From NCBI RefSeq assembly GCF_009914755.1, contig NC_060926.1: a stretch of DNA of 64,000 bases; one strand, given 5' to 3'. Of the stretch, positions 15,733 to 32,189 are shown piece after piece. The notes under the pieces were generated by a model that was not told the DNA's origin, did not search any database, and saw only the letters and a list, made by a program, of their open reading frames with translations. A program made the translations under genes and the position numbers. Position 1 is the first letter of the stretch. The number at the start of each line of letters is the position of its first letter. The stretch comes from the human T2T-CHM13v2.0 reference genome, Homo sapiens.

Positions 15733-16043
15733 CCTGGTCTAAACTATCCTGGGAACTGACATGGCCAGGAGAAGCTGTGACATCATCAAACACATTTGAT
15801 CATTTAATATTTTTAGAAAGGCAGTTCAAGCCCATGATGAAAAATTCAAAAGATACAAAATGGTCTATAGGGCAAAGTCTCTTCCTGCTCTGGCCTTCGG
15901 TCACCTGGTTTCTCCCGGTACCAGCTTCTTGGGATTCCCTCCAAAGATATTCTACTTAAGCTCATGACAATACTGTACAGTATTTATGTTTCTGATATCG
16001 CCATGAAATTCTGTATTTTCTATATACAACAATGAAAATTATT

Positions 16044-16353
16044 GGCTGTGCGCAGTGGCTCACACCTGTAATCCCAATACTTTGGGAAGCCTAGGCGAGC
16101 AGATCACTTGAGGCCAGGAGTTTCAGACCACCCTGGGTAACATGGTGAAACCCCATCTCTACTAAAAATACACACACACACACAAAAATTAGCTGGGTGT
16201 GGTTGCGCATACCTGTAATTCCAGCAACCAGAGAGGCTGAGGCACAAGAATCGCCTGATCCCAGGAGGCGGAGGTTGCAGTGAACTGAGATCATGCCACT
16301 GCACACCAGCCTGGGCAAGAGAGTGAGACATTGTGTCAAAAAAGAAAAAAAAA
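16044..16353 (+). mobile_element. AluS/J with (CA)n linker
   Basis: Full-length Alu; TSD-like GAAAATT(A/C)TT. Confidence 0.92.
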
Positions 16354-16423
16354 GGAAAATTCTTTGAAAAAGTTTGGACTATTTTTCAACACAATTTTAG
16401 TATTATCTCACATAAGTTGTCTC

Positions 16424-16790
16424 TGTGGCAGCTTTAAAACATGGCCATAAATCTTCCTGAACATTCCTTCCATAGAGAGGATAGCTTTGTGCTTTTTTCC
16501 CCATGATCTGGGTGAGGTTTTGACTGCTTCCATCATTGCAACAGGGGAGAAGCAACCCTATGTGACTTCCAGGTAAGGTCATAAAAGGCCGTGAGACCTC
16601 CACCCTGTCTCAGGAATACTCACTCTTGGAGTCCTGAACTGCGGCGTGAGAAGTCCCACTCCCCTAGCCTGACCACACTGGAGAGGCCACACACATGCAC
16701 AGGTGACACTCCCAGCAGAGCTGTTCATTGGCGGTAGCTGGATTTGGGGGTGAAGAAGCAGTCTTGAATGGTTACCTGTGACTCAAGAGA
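16424..16790 (+). mobile_element. MLT1F/G-like LTR fragment
   Basis: TGTGGCAGCTTTAAAACATGGCC...TGTGACTTCCAGGTAAGGTCATAAAAGGCC. Confidence 0.6.
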
Positions 16791-18233
16791 GGACTTTTGC
16801 AATTTGATTGGAAAGCTTAGCAAAAACTTAGTAATTAATATTTGGAAGACTAAGCAATGAAAAAATGAGGTAATTAGTAATTCCAAGAAAACCAAAGTTG
16901 ACCCATAAAAGAATAACAGCCTATATGGTTCAGCTGTGAGTACTTATAGTAATGCTAGCACAGTACATTGATTTAGCCAAAAATGGTGCTGTAACGATGT
17001 TGGGAGGGTGGGTGGAGGGGAAATATGCACAAGGAGGGTGCAGGAAGGCAATAAGTGTCTAAAATTGAAGAACCTAAAAATAGCTGTATTATTTGGAAGT
17101 ACAGATATAAATTACAGAAGAAACAGATGGGCGATACTGAAGCAGGTGTGTGTGCCAATGGGAACGATACAGTAGCGAGGGAGACGCTGATGGGAGGGAC
17201 TGAATGGATGATAGGAGGCCACTTGGACACAGCTGAGCAGACAGGGAAGGGGCAGAGGAGGCCAGCAAGTGTGGCTGTGCTTGTAGGTTTCTAGGTGGGG
17301 AAATGTGAGCATTTCCATCGGACAGCATCTCTTTCCTCAGTGAAACGAGGAGAGTTCATCAGCTGAGACTAAAAAGCAGGGAAGGGCAGTGGGAGTTTTA
17401 AGGATAAAAAAGGAATGAAAAAGTACCCTAGAAGAATACGAATGCTGGTTTTAACAGAGAAACACAGCAATATTGCTTAGTAGCTCCAAGTACCCCTTTG
17501 AGGTCTGCGATGAACTGAAAGTGAAAGCAGCCTGCTTGCTTGACTTTTCCATAGTAATGTCGAGCTGCTTGAGTGGAGAGATACATGGGTGGGCTCACTT
17601 AGTATTTTGTAGGAGACTCCGTGGAAAGGCAAGGGGATTCTGAGGATGAGAGTTTTGGAAGGAAGTTGTTTATGGTGATGAACCATAAGCCCTAAGCTGG
17701 ACACGAGGAGTGAACAGAAAGGTGACTGACAAATTGTAAAAGGCGGTGGAGCCAACAGAAAAGAGATCTCAACAGAGTTGAAGAATTGTCACAGTAGACG
17801 CTCAAGTATGTGTCAAGGACAGAAAGCTTATGAGAGAGTGGGGCTTTGGGCTTGCAGCAGCAGAACAGTTTCTGGTGGTGACAAGGTTCAGGCTATGACC
17901 TTGAGGTGGAGTGGAGGGAGAAAACGTCATTCGAGATGAGAAGGTCCAGGAAACTGAGAAGCCAGGCTGCTAGATGGGACATTGTATGGTTACTTTAATG
18001 AGATTGTCAAGAAAGGCTATGCAGAGAAAAAGATGGGGAGCCAGGAGGTGCAGTCCAGTGAATGAGTGAATGGATCACATGGAAGAAAAGAAAAGACATG
18101 TGATCGCGTGGTATAGTCAGGAAGCCAGAGCTTTTAATGGGTAGGACATTTTGTAAAAGGTAACAGAGGTTAAGTTCCAGGAGCAACAGTAGAGAACAAG
18201 CAGGCACCAACACTCCTTCCAGGCCCTAAGGTT

Positions 18234-18263
18234 TGTAAGATATCAGACTGTAAGATATCAGAC
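18234..18263. repeat. Perfect 15-bp tandem duplication
   Basis: TGTAAGATATCAGAC x2. Confidence 0.9.
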
Positions 18264-18559
18264 AGGCTCTGCCAGAAACAGCTGTGTGAATGTTGTACTC
18301 TTGGGACCAGCCAGGCTCCAATTAAGGCAAGGAAGAAAGAGGGAGGCTCTGATGTAGGCTGAGGACAGGCAAAATTGAGAGTCAAGGATTGGGGCTTCCA
18401 GAAGGCACAGTGGAAATGTTAGGGAGGAAATGAAGAGAATGGGTGGGAAACTGGATCAAATCAGGTGACGAGCACAGCAGGAAGGGGATGCAAGTCCAGG
18501 TGATAGTGGATGACTGGAGAGGTCTGCTCCTCTGGGGATAGCAGAGGAAAATGAACATC

Positions 18560-19300
18560 AGCTCTTGCCACTCCCCTGCTTAGAATCTTCTGATGGCTTC
18601 CATCACACTTCGAGTATAACTGAACTCCTTACAAGGACCCACAACGCTCTCCATCAGTGGTTCTCCAAGTGTGGTCCTTGGACTTGCAGCATCACCATCA
18701 CCTGGACCTTGTCAGAAATGCAAATTCTTGGGCCCCACCCCAGAGCTACTGCGTTAGAAACTCTGGGGTAGGACCCAACAAGCTATGTTTTAACAAGCCC
18801 TCCTCCAAGTGATTCTGATGCATACTAAATCTGAGACTCTTTGGTGCACATAATCTGGCCCTTCTCTAGCTCTCTGACCTCAGAATTTCTTAATTTGCTG
18901 AGCGTTAGCCACACTCGTCTCCTTTCTCTCTGTTCTCAAGCTCATACTCTCCCTGGGGCCTTTGCTGTCACTGTGTCATCTGCTTGGAATGTTCCTGCCC
19001 CAGGCTACCATGTGGCTGCTCTTTCTCCCCAGGCAGGTCTCTATTCAGACTGATACCGCCTGACCATTTCATCTCACCCTTGACTCCCATTCATTTTCTA
19101 ATCCATTACCCTCTTACTTCTTCAGGCACTTGCCACTTCCTGAAATCTTTACTTTTAAATGCGTTTATGTCTGTCTTCCCCACTAGAATGTAAGCTGTAT
19201 GAGAATCGAGACCTTACCTGCCTTTTTAACCACTGTGACCCCAATATCTAGAACAGCAGGGTGTCTAGTGGGGTATCTGATAATTGTTAATAAATGAATG
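18560..19300 (+). mobile_element. L2 3' remnant interrupted by MER5A
   Basis: CCCCACTAGAATGTAAGCTGTATGAG...TAAATGAATG is a typical L2 3' end. Confidence 0.6.
18655..18836. mobile_element. MER5A hAT MITE
   Basis: CAGTGGTTCTCCAAGTGTGGTCC...AGAAATGCAAATTCTTGGGCCCCACCCCAGA. Confidence 0.85.
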
Positions 19301-21189
19301 AGACATGATGGAATGAATGTTGATATTTCTTAGGCTTTGTGCATATAAATGGCTTGAGGCTCTGTTCAAATGCAGATTCTGCTTTGGGAGGTCCGGGGTG
19401 GGCCCTCAGATCTTGCATTTCTAACAAGTTCTCAGTGGTACCTGGCTTCTGGCTCACAGAGTTCACTCTGGCTAAGTTTTACAGTGAGCCCTTGGATCTG
19501 TCTCTTGTGGTCTCAAATACTTGATAGTTTGGTGGTTTCCAGACAATATCCTGAACATGCAGTTACATCTGTGATGATTCTATTTGAAACACCTTCCAGC
19601 CAGGAACAATAGCAGTTTTCCTAAACCAGCTCTCCTTGGGGAGATATGATGTTTGGGCTGTTTCCAGAGTACAGGGTAAGGAAAAGGAGCTTACTAAGGA
19701 GGCTACTGCTTTAAAGGAGGCCAAGTTTTGCTGAGAACAACTCAGCAGAAACCAACTTCCAAGTTTCCAGATTAATAAAGAAAAGAGAGCCTAGATAATT
19801 ACAATCTGTGGCTAATCTGCTAACTCTAAAGTAAGGAATAGCTAAAATCTGTTTCCATCCAAATTGTTTTCTAGGAAAGCCAACAAGAAACAGCTGAGTG
19901 TCCAAAACACATTTTTGTCTCTTCTTCTCTTCCCTGCCCAGACACCATGGGTTGGCAATTAGTTAGATATCAAAACAAGAAAATATTGGGGGCTATATCA
20001 TCTTAAAACTTGGTTAAAAAATACTCTAATTGAAAACTATGACCATCAGATATGCCTTTCTCATAATGTATTCTTAACGGGTGATAACATGCACTAAAGA
20101 GCTCTTTGACAAAAAATATTTTGGAAATCGCTGGCCTAAATGTACACCAGTCAGAGCTCCTGACTGCAGGACTTCTCAGAGCCATGAATTTGCTAACCTA
20201 CTTATGACTCTCTGAGGACTTTCAGTACACAACATTTCCCAAACTTATTGGACTGCAGAATTTTCTAAGAGTATCATGAAGAACCAGTGTTTCATGGAGC
20301 AAACCTTTAGAAGCTTGTGGAATGAGGTTGGCCTCCACTGAGGCTTTGCTTAAAAGAAGAAGGCCAAGGAGAGATGGGAAATAAGACCAAGGAAAGAGGT
20401 AAAAGTATGTGGCTCGTCTCCAGGCCCCTCACTCAGCCTTTTGCCTGCCAGGGATTTCGCAACTTCAATATCTCACCTGTCCCAGCCTTTCCAAACGATG
20501 TTCTCTTAATCCCTCTCTTCTTCATTCCCCCATATTCCTGTCTCTCGGAGCCCTGATGAAGAACTAAAGGAATCAACCATTGTTGTGAGTTAATTTGATA
20601 CCCCTGCCAAAGGTGTTAGTATTTTAAAGAGGATTTATGGAGTGGACCTATCTGACCCAAAAGGAATGGTTCTGCATGGGACTCTCAGGCTGGTGGGAGT
20701 GGGTTTTGTTTCAAGAATGTGCCTACACTTACTGAGGGACGTCTTCTTCCTGATCCTGGAATTAAGGGGCAGGAGTCTTGGCTGATAAAGAAATGGCTCT
20801 TATCTCGATCTGTTTTATTCTGTGGAGTTCGATGGGAAGACCTGGGATACTATTGCTGCCCTGCAAGCCTTCAACCAGTTCTCTTTCAATAGGGTGTCTG
20901 GGAAATACCAGCTACAGTTCCAAGTAATATTTTACAAGTAGAACATAGTTTTCAGCATTTTGGGGTAATGATCAATTTTTTCCACCACACTTTGTTTATG
21001 TGATATTTCTGAATCAAATTCCTATTTTTCTTCCTCTAAACTGTACTCACTTTGACCTTGTAACTGTATTTCTCACCAAGTATATAATCAACAGCAGTAC
21101 AGAAAGTGAAGATACAAGTGTAGATGAATACTAGATGAACTGTTTCACATTTATTTCCCACAACTTGGATGAAATATAACCTGGAAATT

Positions 21190-21468
21190 TTTTTGGCTTG
21201 GGGTTTTTGGTTTGCTGCAGCACAATCATAGCTCATGGCAGCCTCAAACTACTTGACTGAAGCGATCCTCCTATCTCAGCATCCTGAGTAGCCGGGACTA
21301 CAGTCATGTGACACCACTCCTGGCTAATCTTTCTTTTTTTTTTTTTTTGGTAGAGGTAGGGTCTCACTATGTTGGCCAGGCTGATCTCAAATTCCTAGCC
21401 TCAAGTGGTCCTCCCATCTCAGCATCCCAAAGTGCTGGGATTACAAGCGTAAACCACTGTGCCCAGCC
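21190..21468 (-). mobile_element. AluJ
   Basis: Diverged Alu reverse complement with CATAGCTCA and CTCACTATGTTG. Confidence 0.88.
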
Positions 21469-22485
21469 AGTTTTAAAAACAATATATAAGCACTTCAAGG
21501 AAAATGACCAAGATCTTATTCCCATTTCATTCCCCAGTGCTGAGTGCCTGGCATGTAACAGCTCTCATGGTTGTTTGCTGATGTGAATATCCTAGTTGTG
21601 TTACACAGAATTGTTTTTGTTTCACCTTATTTCTATTGTTACCTTATTGCTATTATTTCAGACCCTCTCCCCGTTTAATATGGTGGTTGACTATAAATCT
21701 TTATACATTTTGTTTTGCTACTATTTTCAGCCAAGCGTGAACACATATATATCAAGAAAGGTTTTTTCATCAAGATTTTTCAAGTTTTGAAATTATTTTT
21801 AAGTTGCTAGGATATTTAAAACAATTTGACCATCTTTGCCTTAAGGCAATGTAGAACCAATCTAAATCTCCATCATTTACTAGGCTTCTAGCCACTGATA
21901 ACACTCCAACTCAAATGGAAATAAGGGGTATAGAAATGTATTATCTCACGTGACTGGAAGGCTGGGATAGGACCACCTTCAGGGCTGGTGGAATCACTGG
22001 CTCACCAATGGGCTCAAATTGCAGCAGCTGCAGGCATCATACCTGGAAATGCCATGTCCAGGGGAAGAAGAGGAAAAGAAGGGCCATCTCTTCCTGTGGC
22101 TCTCTCACGGAAGATGGAATTGTCCTAGAAACTCTCTAGATTTCCCTCTGATTTGGCCACATTTTGGACATGTCCATTCTTGGACCACTTGCAAGGGGAA
22201 CAGGATTACCACAATTGCTTGGAAAAACCAGGAATGACCCCTGGATATGAGGTGGGGTCAGCTTGCCCTGGGGCACAGGCTACCTATGGGTGAGGCAGAC
22301 ACCCATGTCAGACAGGCTTCTGCAGGAAACAGGTGGCTCACGAAAACCGAGTAATGTGAGAAGAGGTTAACAGTGAGACTACAAAAGTATGAGCGGTCTA
22401 AGGAAAGCAAAACAAAACAAAACAAAAAAACCACTGCACCTGCAAGGCCAGTAATAACAGGGCATACTGTTACCATCTTACCATC

Positions 22486-22937
22486 TATATTGGTTTCCTG
22501 TGGCCACTATAACAAAATAACACAAATTAGGTGGCTTAAAACAACAGAAATTTATTCTTTCACAGTTCTGGAGGCCAGAAGTCCCCAGAGGCCCCAGTCA
22601 CACTCCCCCTGGAGGCCTGAGGAGAGAATCACTCTTTGCCTCCCCAGCCTCATGCGGCTGTGGGCACTCCTTGGCTTGTGGCTGCATCGCTCCAATCTCT
22701 GCCTCCTCACATTGTCTCCTTCTTTGCTGTATGTCAAATCTCCCTCTGCTTCTCTTTTATAAGGACACTTATTGGATTTAGAGCCCACCCAGATGATCCA
22801 GAATAATCTCTTCATCTCAAAATCCTTAATTTAATTACATTGACAGAGACCTTTTTCTGAAAAAGGTCACATTCACAGGTTCTAGGGGTTAGGGTGTTGA
22901 CATGATTGGGGGGTGAACCACCACTCAGCCCATTACA
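22486..22937 (-). mobile_element. MLT1B/C solo LTR
   Basis: GGTGGCTTAAAACAACAGAAATTTATTCTTTCACAGTTCTGGAGGCCAGAAGTCC...GGTCACATTCACAGGTTCTAGGGG. Confidence 0.8.
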
Positions 22938-23664
22938 CCACCCCAAGGCTGGCAAAGGAAGGCGAGGGTACCAGAGACAAAGACAACTGTGTGAAGAGAA
23001 GCATCCGAGGGAGACGTGGCCTTTTGAAGAGGGTCACAGCCGGCCTGCTGGGAGGAAGCCCGAGGAATCAACACCCAGCATCACGTTCCCAACTCCCTTT
23101 GATCTCCTGCTGGTGTTCCCTACTAGCCAAACCCAGCCAAGGCTTTTGATGTTGTCCATAAAGGTCAGCCTCCCTCCAGGACATAAAGTGGGAAAGAGGG
23201 AAGTGGAGAGTGGGTCTGGAGGGGTGCATGGAAGTTGCAGAGCACAGCAAAGGAGAGAATTGAAGGAAGGAAGAAGGGGGAATGGATGCTGGCAGGCCAG
23301 TAACAGAGCCCACCCAACCCCTTCTCATTTACCGACAGCTCCCTGACTCTTTGGCCTTTAAATGGAAGTACCAGTTTAAATAGAGCTAATGCTACCATTT
23401 AAATAAACAATTATTGTCCTCTGTTTACAAAAGCAAAGCATGTTGATTACAGAAAGTTTGGAACACAGAGAAAAACATGAAGTAAACAAATGTTACCCAC
23501 AATGCTGCTACACAGAGATAACCAGTGCTGATAACTAGTACCTTCCAAGGCCAGCGGTGGAAGTGGATGTATTCAGCAAAATAACTGGACTCCGTATCTG
23601 TACCTGCTGTTTCTAGTGTTGGTAATGCTAGCTTTTTTTTTTTCAGTTACAAATATATAATGAA

Positions 23665-23962
23665 GGCTGGGTGCGGTGACTCATGCCTGTAATCCCAGCA
23701 CTTTGGGAGGCTGAGGCAGGTGGATTGCTTGAGCCCAGGAGTCCAAGACCAGCCTGGGCAACATGGCAAAACCCCATTTCCAGCAAAAATACCAAAAATT
23801 AGCTGGGCATGCTGGTGCATACCTGTGGTCCTAGCTACTCAGGAGGCTGAAGTGGGAGGATCACTTGAGCCTGGAAGGTGGAGGTTGCAGTTAGCCAAGA
23901 TCGTGCCACTGCACTCCAACTTGGGTGACAGATTGAGACCCCATCTCAAAAAAAAAAAGAAA
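23665..23962 (+). mobile_element. AluJb-like
   Basis: Full Alu with ACAAATATATAAT repeated on both flanks. Confidence 0.92.
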
Positions 23963-25579
23963 CAAATATATAATAATTTCCCCATATAAATATTCTTAAA
24001 GAATAGCATGATTTTTAATGACTACATAGTATTCTATTACATGGCTATACTATGCTTGTCTGGGGCTTCAGGTTTGAAGTCACCTGGGCCCCACCATACC
24101 CCTGATCCCTGGAGAGGTCAAGCTGTCAGTCTTTCCATAGGCCCTGTTGGATGCCTGGCCGAGCAGCTTGAAATCCAGTCCAGCCCATCAGGGTTGGCTT
24201 CCTCTCCAAAATAGCCAGGAGCAGATACCTGGGCTTGGGCTGGTCTAACCCATCAGCTTTGAGCTTCCTTTTCTTCCTTTCTCGAGCCTGCCCTCCTCCC
24301 CCTGAAGTGCTTCTCCAGGGATTCTGGTGCATCTCACTGCCTTCTGACTGAAGAGCACCCTACCTGTGGCATCCCTTAACTGAGTGTATCACGATGAACT
24401 TGGGGCCTCCCCATTTATCACCACACCTCTACCCACCATCACTACCTCCTCTGTCCCTGCCTTGCTAGCTTGTACCTTGCAGAAGCTTCCAAATGTGCAT
24501 CCTATATTAAGATGTTCTTAGCTTAACGTTATCCTCTCCCTGGGTTTTTGCAGCTGTAAGGAACTATTTCTTCGTATACCAGAAGAATAAGTCTCAGGAG
24601 TTTGGAGGAGAAACAAAACACCTATGTTCTTCTGTTCTGGTGAAGTCCTAGACTCTGTGTACTGAGACCTATCCCAAAGATCATTCCTTAAACTCAGGGG
24701 CAGATCTCTTGCTTGAGACCGGCCAAGGGATGGGAGTGACTTTTCAGGTCTCTCCACAGGCAGCCTCAGCCTTTTTCTTCCACTCTTTGTGGAGATGCCC
24801 AGGACTGTAGTGCAGCCCTGACTGGCACCAACAGCACTGGCTGTGTTCCCAAAACTGTCCCCAGCCACCTAATACATGGTGCAAGTTTCAGAGCCTTTTC
24901 TTCCCAGAAAATCTGTGCTAACTCAGGATCCTGAACAGCTGGGAGTGATTAAGCAGGAATCGAAGGGGCAGCATCTCGGGGAGGCAGGGCTTCAAGCTGG
25001 CCCTTGGCCTCCAGGAGTTGATGAATCTGTCTCCAGGCTGAGATAAGGGCCCCAGCTGGATGTTAACATATGCTCTGAGCAATGCTGGGCAGGGGAGAGG
25101 CAGCCCAGCCTCTAGGACCAGGGCGGCTGTGGGTGGCCCTGAAGGGACTGAGCAACTGGCCCTGACGTTCCCCTTCATGCCTTGGACACTTGTCCTTCTA
25201 CTGGAATCTAGTCCGTTGCCTTGACTTAGAAACCTCACCAGACCTCTCAGGAGGTCAAGAGAAAGCGGGCCCCAGGACAGGCTCCTAGCAAAATCAGGGC
25301 TGGTCAAGAGGTCTCAGAGCTCGTGCTTCAGGCCACCAGCCAAGCTGCAAAGCCTTTTTCCCAGGGCATCTGTGAGAATTCAGGAGACAGGTAAGCCTTC
25401 GTAGGCCTGTTTGTGTTCCTAAGGAAACAAGATAATTTCTTGACTCAATTGTAGTTCCCTCACAGCCTGATTGGATAGCTATTATATTAATAGTTCCAAC
25501 CTCTCTCTCTGGAATAGCCCCGCTGGAGCCCTCTTCCTGCAGAACCCCTCTACAGCTGCCTCCAATTCCTTCCTCCCTA

Positions 25580-26080
25580 AGGCTGCCCCAGGCCGGCATC
25601 TCTCCAGCAAACCCGCCCCGTAGCCTGCTCCCTCCCAGGCACGAGGCTACTGTCTGGGAGGTTCTTTTCACAGCGCCTGGCTTGAGTAAAGATGGTCGAA
25701 GGTTCTTTTTCCCCCAGCTAGGGCTCCTTGAAGCCCCTTAAACTGTGGAAGGACTTCCAACGGCGGAGGGCATCTCCTCCTCTGTGTTCCTCAGAGGGAA
25801 AACCTGGGAGCGCCAAGAATGTGCTGGGACAGACTAGACTTCCTGCCTCAGGTGCCCTCTGACCTCCGGTAATTACAGCTTCGGAAGTGGTCGGCTCCCC
25901 ATGTAGACATTGGAGATAATGAGCTCCGACTTCCTGGGGCTGCTGGAGGTTTAATTGGTTCATGGTGGCTAAGCGGTTGGCGATCCTGGCCTGGAATTCC
26001 GGCGGACGCTGCTCCATCCACAAGGTAAGGGGCAGCCCGAAGTGGGGACCTGGCTGGCTGCCAGCCTCAGCCGCAAGTTG
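25580..26080 (+). promoter_or_regulatory. Locally CpG-enriched unique segment, candidate promoter/enhancer with splice donor
   Basis: GC box CCCGCCCC at 25612, ETS-type CGGAAGTG at 25882, donor AAG|GTAAGG at 26024/26025; function inferred only. Confidence 0.3.
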
Positions 26081-26319
26081 CCTCTTCCCCCACATCCTCA
26101 AGCTGTTCCTAAGTGTCCTGCTACTAGAACCTCTGTCTGGCATGGGTGGTCTATTCCCAGCCTCCTCGTATTGCCCCTTTCCTCACCTGGAATGTCCACT
26201 CCATATGTCCTTGTCTGTTGAATTTGAATCATGCCCTGCAGAAATCCCACAGTGCCAGAAGTCCTCACCGTTTATACCAGCCCTACTTGATTTCTCTTCT
26301 GTGAAGTCCTATGGACAGG

Positions 26320-26450
26320 CACTTCTCAAACTCTCATGTGTGGGGGAATCTTACTGAAAGGCAGATCCTGATTCAGAAAGTCTGGGCAGGGGCCTGGGAT
26401 TCTGCATTTTTGCCAAGCCCTCCATGCTGCCTTTGCTGCTGGTTTGCATG
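26320..26450. mobile_element. MER5-like fragment
   Basis: GCAGATCCTGATTCAGAAAGTCTGGGCAGGGGCCTGGGATTCTGCATTTT. Confidence 0.65.
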
Positions 26451-26909
26451 AACACTTAAAGGGGCGGGTCATGGATCTTCCCGTCCCAGTGCCCAGGCCT
26501 ATTTGTTTGTAGCACAGGCCTTTTCATTTCCCCCAAATGAAAATCAGTATTTCATTCAAATTTATAAGTTTAAGCTTAACATTTATTTGTAAAATCAATT
26601 AGACTGTTCAATAGATACAAAAATATGAAATTGAGTGCTATAGATGACAGTAGTCTTTTATCAGCTTCAGCTTCCAAATTTATTTCTGCATTTTATCTCT
26701 TAAACCTGGTATGCACAAATAGTTGGAAATACATATATTTTTTAATAACAGCTCATCTAGAAATTTGAGGAGATTCTTCAGAGTAGGTAATCTTGTTAGA
26801 AACTGTTCTCCTTTACAATTGCTGTGCCAGCAAGATTTAGTCCAAGTTCTCCACAAAACCATTTAATCTGACAGCAGCATTTAATCCTTTGGTGAGTACA
26901 ATGTGTTAA

Positions 26910-29548
<2,639 letters not shown>

Positions 29549-29644
29549 AGTATGTAATCATTTTAGCTTATCTGTTGTTTTATTACTATTTTTAAATAAA
29601 GGGTAGTTTTAAAAATAAAATCAAGTAATTATATTACCCTAGAG

Positions 29645-29867
29645 CAGCTTTCTCAACCTCTCAAAAAGACTGTTGCCATTTTGGGCTGGATAATTTTTTG
29701 TTGTGGGTTCTGTCCTATGCATTGCAGGATGCTCAGCAGCGTCCCTGCCCTGTGCCTAATAGATGCCAGCGGTGCACACCCTCCAAGGTTGTGAGAATGA
29801 AAAATGTCCCCAGACATCACCAAATGTCCCCTAGGGGGCAAAATCATCCCACCCTTTGAGAACCGTT
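29645..29867. mobile_element. MER20 hAT MITE
   Basis: CATTTTGGGCTGGATAATTTTTTGTTGTGGG...AAATGTCCCCAGACATCACCAAATGTCCCCTAGGGGGCAAAATCA. Confidence 0.88.
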
Positions 29868-31388
29868 ACTCTGTAGGAACTAGGATCTGGGGTTTCCAGG
29901 GAATGCAGTTTTGAAAATAGTTTACAGCCTTCATTTAGCACTAGGCATATGCATCCCATGTTGCTATGTAGCCCATATAATAACTCTTTATTAGACAGTA
30001 AAATTCTTGTAAGCAGGACCATAAGAAAAACTTCACATGAACAGTGACTTGCTCAGTGTGATGCCGGACAAATGTTTGTTGATTGACTGATAGAGATACT
30101 AGCATCTGCCCTGGCTGCCTTACCTAGATATTTTGAGAGAAATCTAAGGAAAGCATAAAAATATAATAAATTAAGGTGTTAATAAAACTGCCAATGTGCA
30201 TTTGTTCATCCACATGTAACAACCTGTTTTCTCCCAACCAGAAATAGGAACAATGTAAAATTCTTTTTTGTTTCCTGAAATTCTCTTTTTCTGATAAAGT
30301 AATATCAGCTCTGCCGTTTATTAGTTGTGAGACTTTTAGCACATTACTTAGCCCTTTTGAATCTCAATTTGTGCATCTATAAACCAGACACAATATTCAT
30401 TTCACTACCATTTTGAGGGTCAAATGCAGTAATATAGGTAAAGTCTTTACCCATCCAAAGAAGTCACAAACGAAGCACTTAGTAAATGTTAGTTGTTTGT
30501 TCTGCTTTGGAGTATCTTTATTCTCACTCTAAAGAAGAGAAGAGGTGGCAAAAATAATATAAAATAGCAGAAAAACTAAACTTCTTTTCCATTTAGCTTT
30601 GCAAGGAGCCTTTCACTAACTTCACTCCTTCCACTCATATGTACACACACTCCACTACACACAGTCCTTCATCTTCATCCTGCATCCAACGAGAAAGTTA
30701 TCCTTCCACTTGCACACCCCGTGTCTCCTGAATCACCATGATCCACTCCAATTACCCAAACCAGAAACCAGGGAGTAGTCCCTCCTCCTATCAATAAGTT
30801 CTTCAGGCTCCACTGATTTTGCTTCCATACTTGGATTCCTGGATTCCTTCTGCTTTAGCTCAGGTTTCATCTGTCCTGCTTGAGCCACTGCAGTAGGTCC
30901 CTAACATTTTTCCCACTGTCTAAGCATAGTCCCTTCAAAACCATTCTACACTGTGTTTCTAAGTGGTATTCCCCTGCTCAACACCCTCTGGTGATTTCTT
31001 ACAGCTCAGAAAAATCAAGTTAAAGTGCCCAGACAAGACACCTGGTGTGCTGATGGAACCCTCCCTCTCCAGCCTTATCTCCCTCTCCTTGCACTTTAGG
31101 CTCAGGTCATACTCTGGTGCCTGTGTGTTCTGGACTCATCACGCTGTGCCTTGTATTTGGACTGCTAGACACATTCTCCCCCCTGAATGTTATATCTGTT
31201 CCCTCCCTGCTTGTCTGCTTGGAACCTCTTCTCCATCACTCAGCGGCACTCACATCAAGGCATGCCAGATTATCAGTGGCAGGAATATAGTCGAATGACA
31301 TGTGTTCCCACCCTTTACCCTAACGTTCCTGAGAATATATGAAGTACTGGGTAAATTATCTTCATATTTACATTAAGAAATATAATCA

Positions 31389-31693
31389 GGCTGGGCGTGG
31401 TGGCTCACGCTTGTAATCCCAACACTTTGGAAGGCCGAGGCAGGTGGATCATCTGAGGTCGGGAGTTTGAGACCAGCCTGGCCAACATGGGGAAACCCCG
31501 TCTCTACTAAAAATACAAAAAATTAGCCGGATGTGGTGGTGGGCACCTATAATCCCAGCTATTTGGGAGGCTGAGGCACAAAAATCACTAGAATCCAGAA
31601 GGCAGAGATTGCAATGAGCTGAGATCGCACCACTGTACTCCATCTTGGGCAACAGAGCAAGACTCTGTCAAAAAAAAAAAAAAAAAAAAAAAA
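31389..31693 (+). mobile_element. AluSx-like
   Basis: Full Alu with long poly-A. Confidence 0.93.
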
Positions 31694-32189
31694 TTCTATA
31701 TAACATAACAACACAGATAGCACCTATAACACCCGATATTATGTACATGACTGACTTCCTTCAGTGCCATCCATGTCTCCCCCCTGCTGTTAACACTGCA
31801 TTCACTTCCTGGGCTGACATGTGAAACTTTGGAGTGTTTATCCTCTAAAGTTATGGCCTTTCTCAGAAATCAAGATACTGCCATTTTGGTTCCCGTGAGC
31901 CCCTGGGCAATGCGTCTTTTTGGACTGTGTAACTCAGTTCTTCTGCAAGGAGACTCCGACTTGGCATATGGAGGCATGGAGGTGCCTGGGAGACTCCCAT
32001 CTGCCCAGGGATTTGCCACCCATTTCTCCCCTTCTCTTCACAATTCCAGCCCCATCTTTTCTCTTCTCCCCATTCCCCATCTCTTGGGTTTTGCTTTTTC
32101 TTCCACTTTTATCCCTGTTGGGCAAAATGAAAAGATTCCCATCACAGGAAGGGTAAAAGCAGATGTTCTGAAGTTGTCTACTAGCTAAG

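Noticed and set aside
18234-18263. Small tandem duplications here and at 8899, 30832, 38571 and 54205 as a coordinated signal
   Set aside because: The units are unrelated and typical of replication-slippage micro-duplications.
24518-26143. Run of four 116-141 aa minus-strand ORFs as a fragmented gene
   Set aside because: No recognisable domain, mostly non-ATG starts and no consistent minus-strand splice signals; such lengths are expected in GC-richer DNA.
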